A DNA stretch of 64,000 nt from Diplonema japonicum (taxonomy: Eukaryota; Protista; Euglenozoa: Diplonemea). How positions within the stretch are numbered: the first letter of the stretch is position 1; every line of letters begins with the position of its first letter. The stretch covers positions 434,001 through 498,000 of the forward strand of contig OZ025712.1 in assembly GCA_964019335.1 (NCBI GenBank). The letters run 5' to 3'. The notes beneath the pieces were generated by a model that was not told where the DNA came from, ran no database searches, and was given only the letters and a program-made list of their open reading frames with translations. This document shows positions 1-11,443 of this stretch, piece after piece. Both the position numbers and the translations under genes were made by a program.

Positions 1-387
1 CATTAGGGGCATGGTGCTGAAAGCAAGGAACCGATCTGTTTACACAGGTTGTATAAACATACCCTCCTCTTGTACATATTATTTATTATTTCCCCCCTTT
101 TCTATTACATCCAAATACAACATTTGATGTGGAAAGCAGAAACAACAGCTTGGCTTAGGTGTGCGAAAAAATGTGAGAAGACAAGAAAAAAAAGAAGGGA
201 AAAAAAAAAAGTAAACACATCATGTATGTCAAAAAAAAAATCAAGGATTTTTTTCTCTTTTTTTTTCCCCATTTTCCAAAGGGAAAAAAAAAAAAAAAGA
301 AAAAAAAAAAGTTGCAAAACTATCAAAAATAATGACAGTGTTGGGGAGAGTCCCATGAGTCCCATGAGTCCTTCCCTCTGTTCCCCT

Positions 388-1135
388 GGATTCCCTCAAA
401 TTCCCTCAAGGGAATGACCCAACACTGACACAGATGACCTATACCTCTTCTCTAGGATCTTGGAGAGGGTGGTCCAGAGTTCCATTCTCCTGCTGGACAG
501 CTCTGCCACCTGACAAACATGTCAGTACACCCAGGGAAAACTAAAGTTTTTAGCACCAAGAAGGGGTACAGAGGCAAGCTGGCAATGAGGGACACCATAT
601 TTGGGACAGTGAAAAGCATCACTATGCTGGGGTGCACAGTGTGCTTGCAGCCCACCAGAACGAAGAACACCAAGTTCACCACAGCGCTGGATGTGGTCGA
701 CAGGCTCGCAGTAACCCACATCACGAGATCGCGTAAGGCTCTACTGATAGAGGACTGCATCCTCCCAGCGGCACTCTATGGAGTGCTCTACACACCGCCC
801 ATGGACTCGCTTCTGGACTCCCTCAGGAAGAAGATTACCTCTTGCATATGGGGCCCACACAACCCAACTCGCTTGTCAGGAGCCCTCCTTGGGGTGGCTT
901 TCAAAGGTCACAGGCTGGACCCTTACTCAGCAGCCGCATACTGCAGAATCACGACGTTTGTGCGAATGATGCAAAGCGACAAAGGGTCTAGGGCACTCGT
1001 TAAGACGTGCAGGGACAAGTACAAGGAAGCTGCCCAGGGCGGGAACCCCCTCGGCCCTTGCAGGATGCTCGGACAGACCCACGAACTGCTGGGGGAACTG
1101 GGGTCCAGCTGGGCACAGTTTGCGCAGCAATGGGT
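388..1135 (+). mobile_element. Degenerate non-LTR retrotransposon reverse transcriptase fragment
   Basis: Across frameshifts the sequence reads a PQG-like motif, then TDDLYLFSR (YADD-like, ~430-456), then MSVHPGKTKVF...ITMLG (RT thumb-like) in ORF 519..1343. It degenerates into AT-rich sequence after ~1135. Boundaries are approximate. Confidence 0.6.
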
Positions 1136-1424
1136 AAAATCATTGTCCAAAAATATTCGGAAAAAAATTTTTTGCAGGTGTGTCAAAAATTGCAGAAAAT
1201 TTTCGAGTCTGGTCAGTCTGGTCAGTCTGGTAAAATGGGTACACCAGACCGGCGGTGGACATGGCAGACCTTGCCAACTGGTCTGGCAAATAATAGGGGC
1301 AGGGCAGTCCAAGAGGCTGAGTAGTTTCTATTTATCCCTTTAGCATTGCTTATCCACCTACTTCATATTTACCATTCTATTTATTTGCTTACAGCACCAA
1401 CAGGTTTCGCTATCTTTAAAATAT

Positions 1425-2285
1425 ATGTTGCGCTTCACGCTCCTTGCCACTGCGATCGCCATGGGCAGTGCCCAAACCCTGACTCAAGCTGAGACTGCCC
1501 AGGCCCTCATCGACAAGGTGTTGAATGGGACCGCCGACGACTGGACCTACCCTTGCAGACCCATCAGGCTCCCTATGAAGGATTCTGGTTATAAGCACAA
1601 GTGGTGGAAAGAGGGAGGTATGTCCCAGGAGGACTTCATGGAGGACCTGGCCCACGGGTTTGGGGGTGACGAGGGACGTGTGAATGTGACTGGCGATGTG
1701 CCTCCCGCACTTGTCTCCTGGGGCACAGACGGCAACGCCAACTTCACATGGCGTTTCCCCGACCGTGCCCTGAACAACTACTTCAAGAAGGTATTTTGGA
1801 ACATCAAATTCTGCATGTGGGAGTACGACTTCGATACTGAGTTCACGAAGTACGACCTGTTCCACGCACACGCTTTCTCGTTCGAGCATGACGGGATCAA
1901 GGACTTCGGGATGGTGTTCCACGCAAAGGAATACCCTAGCGACCTGTTCACGGGTGTCACTGGTGCCCCTTTCAACACATCGCACCCCTCCTACCCTGTG
2001 AGGAACATCTTGTGGGTGGCATCCCTCTCGCAGTCCTTCCTCATCGACTCTGACAACGTGGCGACGCATCCCCTCATGAAGCCCGACTGGCTTCAGCTCG
2101 GACAGGCTGACTGGATGGACGACTACTACTACGAGGTGTTGAAGGCCCGCACTGTGGACACCCTTCCCTTCATCGCGATGGGCTCCCGTCTTGGTGGGCT
2201 GAACTACTTCACAAGGCACACCATCGCCAACCTCACGGGGGACGCGGAGGCGGGGTGCAAATTTGACGAAGTCTTCTTCGCCTAA
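1425..2285 (+). CDS. Secreted 286-aa protein of unknown function, copy 1 (divergent copy)
   Basis: Signal peptide MLRFTLLATAIAMGSA; intact intronless ORF; paralog of the three downstream copies. Confidence 0.85.
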   Translation: MLRFTLLATAIAMGSAQTLTQAETAQALIDKVLNGTADDWTYPCRPIRLPMKDSGYKHKWWKEGGMSQEDFMEDLAHGFGGDEGRVNVTGDVPPALVSWGTDGNANFTWRFPDRALNNYFKKVFWNIKFCMWEYDFDTEFTKYDLFHAHAFSFEHDGIKDFGMVFHAKEYPSDLFTGVTGAPFNTSHPSYPVRNILWVASLSQSFLIDSDNVATHPLMKPDWLQLGQADWMDDYYYEVLKARTVDTLPFIAMGSRLGGLNYFTRHTIANLTGDAEAGCKFDEVFFA

Positions 2286-2979
2286 GCTTCTAAAGGCAGC
2301 GCGTTGTAGTGATTCGAGAGGAGAAGTTCGGACCATTCGCGTAACAAATAAATTTCTTTTCTCACTTTTTTGTTTGAGTGAGACATCATCGTCTCCTTAT
2401 CTTTTGCAATTGTCTGTTGCAAGCTAGTTAATTATTCGGTTGTTCTACCACCGCATGTTGATTACTAGTCTTCGCATTATCCCTCTCTGAGAAAGAATAA
2501 ACCTAAAAATGCGATCTATTTTCTTTTTATCTATTCTGTTATCTAACCTCTTTTTTCTTGAAGGAATCAGGAGAAATGCGGCTGCGACTGCCTTGCTACT
2601 ACAGCGGCACTCTTTAGCTTTCCTCTTTCTTTTTCAAGGCCTCATTGTGACTTCTTGAAGCTGGCTTACTCCATCGTCAGCTAAGCAGAGATTTGAATAT
2701 CCTTTTCTCTGTCCGTATTAACCAACCACCGCTTCCTCCCATCGCTACCCATTCAATCTCACACCCGAAAAAAAAGACAAAACATATTACATTTGACTCG
2801 TTGTTATTGGGTGTGAAAATACTATGAAGTCGCAGGCATAGTCACCAGCTATGCTCTCTTTCTATGTGCGAAGACCACTTTTTATATTGGCACAGCTTTG
2901 TATCTACCTATATACCTGTACCCCTTGCCAACCAGCTTTGCAGATCTATTTCAAAAAAAAAAAAAAAAAACCACTGACA

Positions 2980-3840
2980 ATGTTGCGCTTCACGCTCCTT
3001 GCCACTGCGATCGCCATGGGCAGTGCCCAAACCCTGACTCAAGCTGAGACTGCCCAGGCCCTCATCGACAAGGTGTTGAACGGTACCGCCGACGACTGGA
3101 CCTACCCCTGCAGACCCATCAGGCTCCCAAGGAAATACTCTGGGTTCCACCACAGGTGGTGGAGACATGGAGGTATGTCCCAGGAGGACTTCATGGAGGA
3201 CCTGGCCCACGGGTTTGGGGGTGACGAGGGACGTGTGAATGTGACTGGCGACGTGCCTCCCGCACTTGTCTCCTGGGGCACAGACGGCAACGCCAACTTC
3301 ACATGGCGTTTCCCCGACCGTGCCCTGAACAACTACTTCAGGAAGGCCTTCTGGAACATCAAGTTCTGCATGTGGGAGCACGGGCACAATGTGGAGTTCA
3401 CGAAGTACGACCTGTTCCACGCACACGCTTTCTCGTTCGAGCATGACGGGATCAAGGACTTCGGGATGGTGTTCCACGCAAAGGAATACCCTAGCGACCT
3501 GTTCACGGGTGTCACTGGTGCCCCTTTCAACACATCGCACCCCTCCTACCCTGTGAGGAACATCTTGTGGGTGGCATCCCTCTCGCAGTCCTTCCTCATC
3601 GACTCTGACAACGTGGCGACGCATCCCCTCATGAAGCCCGACTGGCTTCAGCTCGGACAGGCTGACTGGATGGACGACTACTACTACGAGGTGTTGAAGG
3701 CCCGCACTGTGGACACCCTTCCCTTCATCGCGATGGGCTCCCGTCTTGGTGGGCTGAACTACTTCACAAGGCCTACCATCGCCAACCTCACAGGGACCAC
3801 TCCCGACTGGTGTGACTTCGACGAGGTTTTCTTTGCTTAG
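2980..3840 (+). CDS. Secreted 286-aa protein, copy 2
   Basis: True start is ATG 2980 by identity with the other copies; the upstream extension of ORF 2851 runs through a poly-A tract. Confidence 0.85.
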   Translation: MLRFTLLATAIAMGSAQTLTQAETAQALIDKVLNGTADDWTYPCRPIRLPRKYSGFHHRWWRHGGMSQEDFMEDLAHGFGGDEGRVNVTGDVPPALVSWGTDGNANFTWRFPDRALNNYFRKAFWNIKFCMWEHGHNVEFTKYDLFHAHAFSFEHDGIKDFGMVFHAKEYPSDLFTGVTGAPFNTSHPSYPVRNILWVASLSQSFLIDSDNVATHPLMKPDWLQLGQADWMDDYYYEVLKARTVDTLPFIAMGSRLGGLNYFTRPTIANLTGTTPDWCDFDEVFFA

Positions 3841-4828
3841 AAAATCTTAGTTCCAACATCCCTACTTTCGTCCCCTCACAAGCATTTCCGTTTGATAGAA
3901 CTTGGGTAGTTTAGTATAAAGATCCTTCTCCTTCTATTGAGGGAGGCAATGGCACACCATAGAGGAAGGGGTGAGATTAAACCCCATGCCTCCTTGTTAC
4001 AGTTCCGTTGTCGAGGATCATGTCTGCCAATTACTCCGTTCTACGTAACAGCAAGGGGATCTTGTGGTTGAATGTCTACCCTCACATTTATCCAAGTCCC
4101 CTGCCTCCCCGTTTTATTTCTGACCCCCCCCCCCCCCCCTGGTTTCCCCCTCCTCTGTTATTCTCTCAAGTGCGATCCCCCTGCCCCCCATTTTATTTTT
4201 GTTTCCCCCTTCAAACGGAGAAGGGGGCAGTTGTAGCAGTATTTACTGGAGATATCCTCATTATTCATAAGAACTCTGTTTCTACGTAGTCTGTTACATC
4301 TGATGGAGAACCCGATGTCATGGAGGAGGTACCCTGTGATGTTGGCAAGTAAGGCTTGTTCCTTTACCCTGCAAATTTAAAAGCTCTCAAAAGTAAAATC
4401 CAACCCATCCTCACATTTCTCAGTGCTCTTCCCTCCTCCCCCCTTCTTTTTAATTGTTGTCGTCGTTTGCTTGATGCGGAAGGACGAAAGGCATTTCCCC
4501 GTTTTCTGTTTCCCACCTTTTTCCGCGCGATTTTTTTCTTTTTAGTCACAAGTTATTTTCAAAAAAAGAAAAATGATTATACCTTATGCAACTTATGCCG
4601 ACAACAAGGATAATATTTTTTGAGTTGGCCACCCTCTTCACCCACCCCAAGTTTTCCAGCCATGATGTTTTTCTGACACATCTGCGGTGCACTTGCTGTT
4701 CTGCTGTACGTCTCATGAAAACGGAATCTCTTTTTTCTTAAGAATGGCAAATCCCCCCTCTCCCCAATATCCACCTGCACACCTCACACACCACTGCAGG
4801 TTTTTAATTCCCTTAAATCATAAACACA

Positions 4829-5689
4829 ATGTTGCGCTTCACGCTCCTTGCCACTGCGATCGCCATGGGCAGTGCCCAAACCCTGACTCAAGCTGAGACT
4901 GCCCAGGCCCTCATCGACAAGGTGTTGAACGGTACCGCCGACGACTGGACCTACCCCTGCAGACCCATCAGGCTCCCAAGGAAATACTCTGGGTTCCACC
5001 ACAGGTGGTGGAGACATGGAGGTATGTCCCAGGAGGACTTCATGGAGGACCTGGCCCACGGGTTTGGGGGTGACGAGGGACGTGTGAATGTGACTGGCGA
5101 CGTGCCTCCCGCACTTGTCTCCTGGGGCACAGACGGCAACGCCAACTTCACATGGCGTTTCCCCGACCGTGCCCTGAACAACTACTTCAGGAAGGCCTTC
5201 TGGAACATCAAGTTCTGCATGTGGGAGCACGGGCACAATGTGGAGTTCACGAAGTACGACCTGTTCCACGCACACGCTTTCTCGTTCGAGCATGACGGGA
5301 TCAAGGACTTCGGGATGGTGTTCCACGCAAAGGAATACCCTAGCGACCTGTTCACGGGTGTCACTGGTGCCCCTTTCAACACATCGCACCCCTCCTACCC
5401 TGTGAGGAACATCTTGTGGGTGGCATCCCTCTCGCAGTCCTTCCTCATCGACTCTGACAACGTGGCGACGCATCCCCTCATGAAGCCCGACTGGCTTCAG
5501 CTCGGACAGGCTGACTGGATGGACGACTACTACTACGAGGTGTTGAAGGCCCGCACTGTGGACACCCTTCCCTTCATCGCGATGGGCTCCCGTCTTGGTG
5601 GGCTGAACTACTTCACAAGGCCTACCATCGCCAACCTCACAGGGACCACTCCCGACTGGTGTGACTTCGACGAGGTTTTCTTTGCTTAG
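4829..5689 (+). CDS. Secreted 286-aa protein, copy 3
   Basis: Protein identical to copies 2 and 4. Confidence 0.85.
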   Translation: MLRFTLLATAIAMGSAQTLTQAETAQALIDKVLNGTADDWTYPCRPIRLPRKYSGFHHRWWRHGGMSQEDFMEDLAHGFGGDEGRVNVTGDVPPALVSWGTDGNANFTWRFPDRALNNYFRKAFWNIKFCMWEHGHNVEFTKYDLFHAHAFSFEHDGIKDFGMVFHAKEYPSDLFTGVTGAPFNTSHPSYPVRNILWVASLSQSFLIDSDNVATHPLMKPDWLQLGQADWMDDYYYEVLKARTVDTLPFIAMGSRLGGLNYFTRPTIANLTGTTPDWCDFDEVFFA

Positions 5690-6677
5690 AAAATCTTAGT
5701 TCCAACATCCCTACTTTCGTCCCCTCACAAGCATTTCCGTTTGATAGAACTTGGGTAGTTTAGTATAAAGATCCTTCTCCTTCTATTGAGGGAGGCAATG
5801 GCACACCATAGAGGAAGGGGTGAGATTAAACCCCATGCCTCCTTGTTACAGTTCCGTTGTCGAGGATCATGTCTGCCAATTACTCCGTTCTACGTAACAG
5901 CAAGGGGATCTTGTGGTTGAATGTCTACCCTCACATTTATCCAAGTCCCCTGCCTCCCCGTTTTATTTCTGACCCCCCCCCCCCCCCCTGGTTTCCCCCT
6001 CCTCTGTTATTCTCTCAAGTGCGATCCCCCTGCCCCCCATTTTATTTTTGTTTCCCCCTTCAAACGGAGAAGGGGGCAGTTGTAGCAGTATTTACTGGAG
6101 ATATCCTCATTATTCATAAGAACTCTGTTTCTACGTAGTCTGTTACATCTGATGGAGAACCCGATGTCATGGAGGAGGTACCCTGTGATGTTGGCAAGTA
6201 AGGCTTGTTCCTTTACCCTGCAAATTTAAAAGCTCTCAAAAGTAAAATCCAACCCATCCTCACATTTCTCAGTGCTCTTCCCTCCTCCCCCCTTCTTTTT
6301 AATTGTTGTCGTCGTTTGCTTGATGCGGAAGGACGAAAGGCATTTCCCCGTTTTCTGTTTCCCACCTTTTTCCGCGCGATTTTTTTCTTTTTAGTCACAA
6401 GTTATTTTCAAAAAAAGAAAAATGATTATACCTTATGCAACTTATGCCGACAACAAGGATAATATTTTTTGAGTTGGCCACCCTCTTCACCCACCCCAAG
6501 TTTTCCAGCCATGATGTTTTTCTGACACATCTGCGGTGCACTTGCTGTTCTGCTGTACGTCTCATGAAAACGGAATCTCTTTTTTCTTAAGAATGGCAAA
6601 TCCCCCCTCTCCCCAATATCCACCTGCACACCTCACACACCACTGCAGGTTTTTAATTCCCTTAAATCATAAACACA

Positions 6678-7538
6678 ATGTTGCGCTTCACGCTCCTTGC
6701 CACTGCGATCGCCATGGGCAGTGCCCAAACCCTGACTCAAGCTGAGACTGCCCAGGCCCTCATCGACAAGGTGTTGAACGGTACCGCCGACGACTGGACC
6801 TACCCCTGCAGACCCATCAGGCTCCCAAGGAAATACTCTGGGTTCCACCACAGGTGGTGGAGACATGGAGGTATGTCCCAGGAGGACTTCATGGAGGACC
6901 TGGCCCACGGGTTTGGGGGTGACGAGGGACGTGTGAATGTGACTGGCGACGTGCCTCCCGCACTTGTCTCCTGGGGCACAGACGGCAACGCCAACTTCAC
7001 ATGGCGTTTCCCCGACCGTGCCCTGAACAACTACTTCAGGAAGGCCTTCTGGAACATCAAGTTCTGCATGTGGGAGCACGGGCACAATGTGGAGTTCACG
7101 AAGTACGACCTGTTCCACGCACACGCTTTCTCGTTCGAGCATGACGGGATCAAGGACTTCGGGATGGTGTTCCACGCAAAGGAATACCCTAGCGACCTGT
7201 TCACGGGTGTCACTGGTGCCCCTTTCAACACATCGCACCCCTCCTACCCTGTGAGGAACATCTTGTGGGTGGCATCCCTCTCGCAGTCCTTCCTCATCGA
7301 CTCTGACAACGTGGCGACGCATCCCCTCATGAAGCCCGACTGGCTTCAGCTCGGACAGGCTGACTGGATGGACGACTACTACTACGAGGTGTTGAAGGCC
7401 CGCACTGTGGACACCCTTCCCTTCATCGCGATGGGCTCCCGTCTTGGTGGGCTGAACTACTTCACAAGGCCTACCATCGCCAACCTCACAGGGACCACTC
7501 CCGACTGGTGTGACTTCGACGAGGTTTTCTTTGCTTAG
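6678..7538 (+). CDS. Secreted 286-aa protein, copy 4
   Basis: Protein identical to copies 2 and 3. Confidence 0.85.
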   Translation: MLRFTLLATAIAMGSAQTLTQAETAQALIDKVLNGTADDWTYPCRPIRLPRKYSGFHHRWWRHGGMSQEDFMEDLAHGFGGDEGRVNVTGDVPPALVSWGTDGNANFTWRFPDRALNNYFRKAFWNIKFCMWEHGHNVEFTKYDLFHAHAFSFEHDGIKDFGMVFHAKEYPSDLFTGVTGAPFNTSHPSYPVRNILWVASLSQSFLIDSDNVATHPLMKPDWLQLGQADWMDDYYYEVLKARTVDTLPFIAMGSRLGGLNYFTRPTIANLTGTTPDWCDFDEVFFA

Positions 7539-7690
7539 AATTTTCTTTTTCGGGCACACCAATGATGATAGTTGTTTCTGTTCTTTCCTCCCAATCCTAT
7601 CGTATGGCCATCATAATCCCGTGATGAAGAAAAGCAATGGTGCGAAGAGAAAATACTTTTTCTGAACGCTGGCCTTTTTCTTTTACCCAT

Positions 7691-7724
<34 letters not shown>

Positions 7725-8065
7725 CCGATGGGAGCTAGCACCCAACAAGCTATTTTTGTTTATTTTATTGTGATTTCGCTGTTACGATGCTCTGCAGCCT
7801 GCTGAGTATTCCTTCTCCCTCTTGCGGTGTCTGAGGAACGTATTAAATTTCTTGGATTCCGTGGGGTTAATGTAAGTAGCAGTGATCTTTTTTTTCTGTG
7901 CGAAGAAAGCTCCCTTTAATCCTCTACCCTATTGCGAGAAAAAAAAAAAGAAAAACATCTTCTATTTAACTATTTCAATTCTAAACCTGTGTGTTTCAAG
8001 TTCATCCAAACCTTTTGGTTACGCATTCAAAAAGAAAAATAAAAAAAGATAAAAAAGAAGTCCGC

Positions 8066-9456
8066 ATGTTGACAGCGTCTGAACACGTGGTTGTTTTTCA
8101 TCCCTTTGAAAATTGTCCCCCCTATTTCTGTTCCCCCCTTTCTTTCTTTTTTTTTTTTTGTTCTTCCTCCCACTATTCTTTCGTTTTTTTCCACCAATTC
8201 CCACCACCACCATATTGAAGTTTTTTATTTTCCATTTTTTTTGGTTCATTTATTGAATTTAGTTAACTCACCCAACACACCACCAGGGGGGGCGGGCTGC
8301 CAACAGCACCGTTGTGGATGGTGAACAGCCATTTGAGTATGTGCTCAGAAAAAGATTTTTACCCCTCACAGCTGCAACGGAATGGCAGACGGCACGTGTT
8401 GCATACTCGAAGGTGATGGGGGAGAAGCGATGGGTGGAGAGCAACTTCGAGCTGCAGGACATCTGCTCTGACATAGGGCTTCAGCCAGGCTCAGACGACG
8501 TGCGGAAGGCACTCGAGGAGAATGAAGGGCGGCTAGACTTTGAGGGAATCCTGCGGTTTGTGCAGTACATGAAAGCACGCCTTCTGATACCAGAGCCCCC
8601 CGACATCGACACCATCCGTGCCTTCGCCGCTGTCGGCGGTGATGCGGCAACCAAAGCCGACGTCGACCCCACCGCCCTGCTACGCACCTGCGAAGAGTTC
8701 GATCTCACAATACAGTTGCAGGGCCTGCTTGACACCGATTCTGTGCAAGGCTCTCTCAAATTCAACGACTTCCACAACATGTTCCACGGCAGTGACCAGC
8801 CCGCAACAAAGGTACGGCTCAAACTGGGCTACGACTACAACGCACTTCTCGAGAAGGAGATGACAACCAAGTCTCTACCCCTGCCAAGGTACCGCAGACC
8901 CACTGACTTGCTAAGGTCGCCCGCCACGCGAAGAGCTTCAACGGCCAAGTGCAAGGTTGCCAATGACAAGGTGAAGTATTACCTGGAGCTGAAGGAGAAG
9001 GGCGTCAACCCTGGGCTGTACAACGAGGGTGAAACATCGGGTGAGAATGTAGTCAATGCGACAAAAGAAGATGGAAAGGAGAAAACAGATGGCACCCAGA
9101 ACATGACAAAGAAGAAGCAGAAGAAGATGCAGGAACCCCCCAAGTCATCACCGCACACCATTCTGGGCAAGGGCACACGGGTCATCGGGCGCTCAGGGCT
9201 GTTTGTAGATGATCCCCCAAGACTGTACCCGCAGCACCTTGCAGCCACGAGTGTCCCGCCGCTACCGCCCATTAACCAGCATGGCAGAAAGAAACTGAAC
9301 CCCGTGAAGAGCACCCTGTCCAGTATTGAGAAACGTATGGCAGAGCTGACCAAAAGGAAGCTCGGAGCGAAGTATAGCAAAGTCCAGCCAAGGGTGAACC
9401 TCACAGGGTCAGTAGTAGCCCCAAAGCACGTAGAGAGTGTACTGGCAGCGCAGTAA
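8066..9456 (+). CDS. EF-hand/calmodulin-like protein resembling flagellar dynein 18-kDa Ca-binding light chain (LC4), with a long basic disordered tail
   Basis: DTIRAFAAVGG...LLRTCEEFDLTIQLQGLLDTD..GSLKFNDF resembles LC4-type EF-hand proteins. ORF 8314 starts at GTG and is open back to an acceptor at 8286. A possible first exon 8066-8089 (MLTASEHV) joins in phase, but its donor (GTTGT) is weak. Confidence 0.6.
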
Positions 9457-9660
9457 GTTAGTTTTTACAAACTAACATAAAAAGAAAAAAATGCCCATTC
9501 CCTCACCTTCCCTCTTTTGCTAGAGGGATCGGCTTGTACTGTATTCCGCATTGGCAGACACTGGAACTGCTGTAAGTTTCCGTCCCTTTTGAGATATCGT
9601 CATAAGTTTTCTTCAGAGCACTTGTCGCTGGCACGCTCCAGTCAGCTCAGCTCAGGATCT

Positions 9661-10414
9661 ATGTCACACAAAAATGGCTGCGACACGACCTATAAGAACA
9701 AGGACCGTGTGAGGGGTGGCGCGGGGGAGTTCTCATGGGACCAGCTGAGGGGTGACAGGAGTGCGGCTATTGGTGAGTTCTACCTGGGGAGATCTCAAGC
9801 GTGCGAGAACTTGTGGTACAGTGGTGCGGGAGCGAAGAGGGAGCGGGCAGGGAAAAACAATGTCAGTGACATCAAGCAGCAAGAGGAAGAGATGATGAGG
9901 GAGGCGCTCGGGCTCAAGGCGATAAAGGTATGCCACATGCGCACTTCCAACCATCACACAGAGGAAGAAGACAGAGCTCACGGAACGCGAAGAAGCAGAG
10001 CTCTTGAAGAGGGACACATCGGGGGCAGAGACACACTCTGTGGGGCTGGGACTGAACCATCGCGTTAAGAAAGCAACAACTCAGTACATTGAAAACACTG
10101 GGATCACCCCAGACGCACTGGGCAAGCGCGAGACTTACGAACAGTCACACCACTCGATCAAAGGGACAGTTGAGGAGGAGGCTGATGGGCAGAGGCAGAA
10201 GGAGCACGAGGTGCAGGACAGCATTGTAGATGGTATTAACTACTCGAAGCTGGCGAGGGGCAAGGTCCTTGCTGCTGAGAAGAAACGCCTGAAAAAACTG
10301 GAAAAGAAAGAGAAGAAGAAGAGGAAAAAGGAGAAAAAAAGGGAGAAAAAGGAAAAGAAGCACAAAAAGAGATCAAGGCGATCGAGCACTAGTACCAGTA
10401 GCAGCAGCAGCTGA
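9661..10414 (+). CDS. MMTAG2/C1orf35-like (multiple myeloma tumor-associated protein 2 family)
   Basis: VRGGAGEFSWDQL..FYLGRS..LWY..EEEMMREALGL motif and Lys-rich tail; intron 9928-9961 (34 nt, GTATG..CACAG) joins ORFs 9517 and 10004. Confidence 0.8.
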
Positions 10415-10705
10415 AGACGAACAAAAAAAATGAACAAGCAGAAGATAAAGAAGAAGAAAGAAAAAAAAAAAATGGTGATAACTGTGGGATCTTTTTATTC
10501 CTTTGTTTCTTTCGAAATAACCCCCGCCCCCTCCTTACAACACGCAGAGGAAAAAAAGGGGGGGGGAGTGAAACTTAAAATACAAGAAGAAAAAAAAGGG
10601 GAACAATGATATCCGCAAAGACATTGACACAGGTACAGAAAAAAAAAAGAACTAAAAAGAGAAAAAAAAACCCCTAATCCACAGGAGGACCTAGATAACC
10701 CCACA

Positions 10706-11443
10706 ATGACACCGGAGCAGGTCTTGAAATTTAACGGGCCGACAGATGGGTTCCTGTGCTCATTGGCAGCGAACAGGTTTGGGATAGAGTTCATGTCTTT
10801 CAAGATCAGGGATATCGAGAGCGGGCAGGTTCTGTTCCAGGTGGAGCGGGGAGAGGATGAGGTGCCGACGCCGTCTGCAACAGACGAAACAGCTGCACGG
10901 ACCATTCAGTATGATTTCCCAGCCGACTTTTTGAAGTTCCGGACTGTGGGCACGAAGCTTGTCTTCACAGTGGGTCCCAAACCCGTCCCCAACTTCAGGA
11001 TGATAGAGCGTCACTACTTCCGTGACAGGTTGGTTAAGTCCTTTGATTTCAATTTCGGGTTCTGCATTCCCAACTCCACCAACTCCTGGGAGGCAATATA
11101 CGATATGCCTAGGCTCACTGCAGGTTTGAGAATTGAAAAAAAAAACAAAAAAACAAAAAAAAAAAAAAAAAAACAGATGAGCAAGAAGATATAATGAAGC
11201 ATCCGTTCGAAACAAAATCTGACTCTTTCTATTTCGTCAACAATGAACTGATCATGCACAATAAGGTATTTCCCCCCGTTCCCCCTGTTTTCTTTCTCGC
11301 TTTTGGACGGGGGGGGGGGGGGGGGGGGTGGCACTAGTTGGCATTACCGTTATTGGTTTCTGCCGTCGGTTGTCATAAACTTCATTTCTCCACTAAAATC
11401 AAATCACATCCCTACACAGGCTGACTACTCCTACCAAGCATGA
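10706..11443 (+). CDS. UNC119: UNC119 (myristoyl-cargo carrier, PDE-delta fold)
   Basis: [37 protein letters not shown]; introns 11124-11176 and 11266-11419 restore the conserved end [29 protein letters not shown]. Confidence 0.93.

Larger units (their letters stand above)
2977..7540 (+). repeat. Tandem duplication, 1849-bp unit (gene + spacer), about 2.5 units
   Basis: ATGs at 2980, 4829 and 6678 are exactly 1849 bp apart; spacers 3841-4828 and 5690-6677 appear identical. Confidence 0.95.

Noticed and set aside
1205-1230. 9-bp tandem repeats (GTCTGGTCA)x2.7, and (CCCATGAGT)x2 at ~352-369, as CRISPR or element termini
   Set aside because: Too short, no spacers, eukaryotic context; no TIR/TSD could be defined.
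1416-7562. Long minus-strand ORFs (306, 238, 229, 309 aa) over the tandem genes
   Set aside because: Antisense shadows caused by codon bias; they coincide with the + strand genes and have no independent features.
7562-7665. Possible C/D snoRNA (ATGATGA...GTGATGA...CTGA)
   Set aside because: No clear D' box, terminal stem or recognisable rRNA guide; could be chance.
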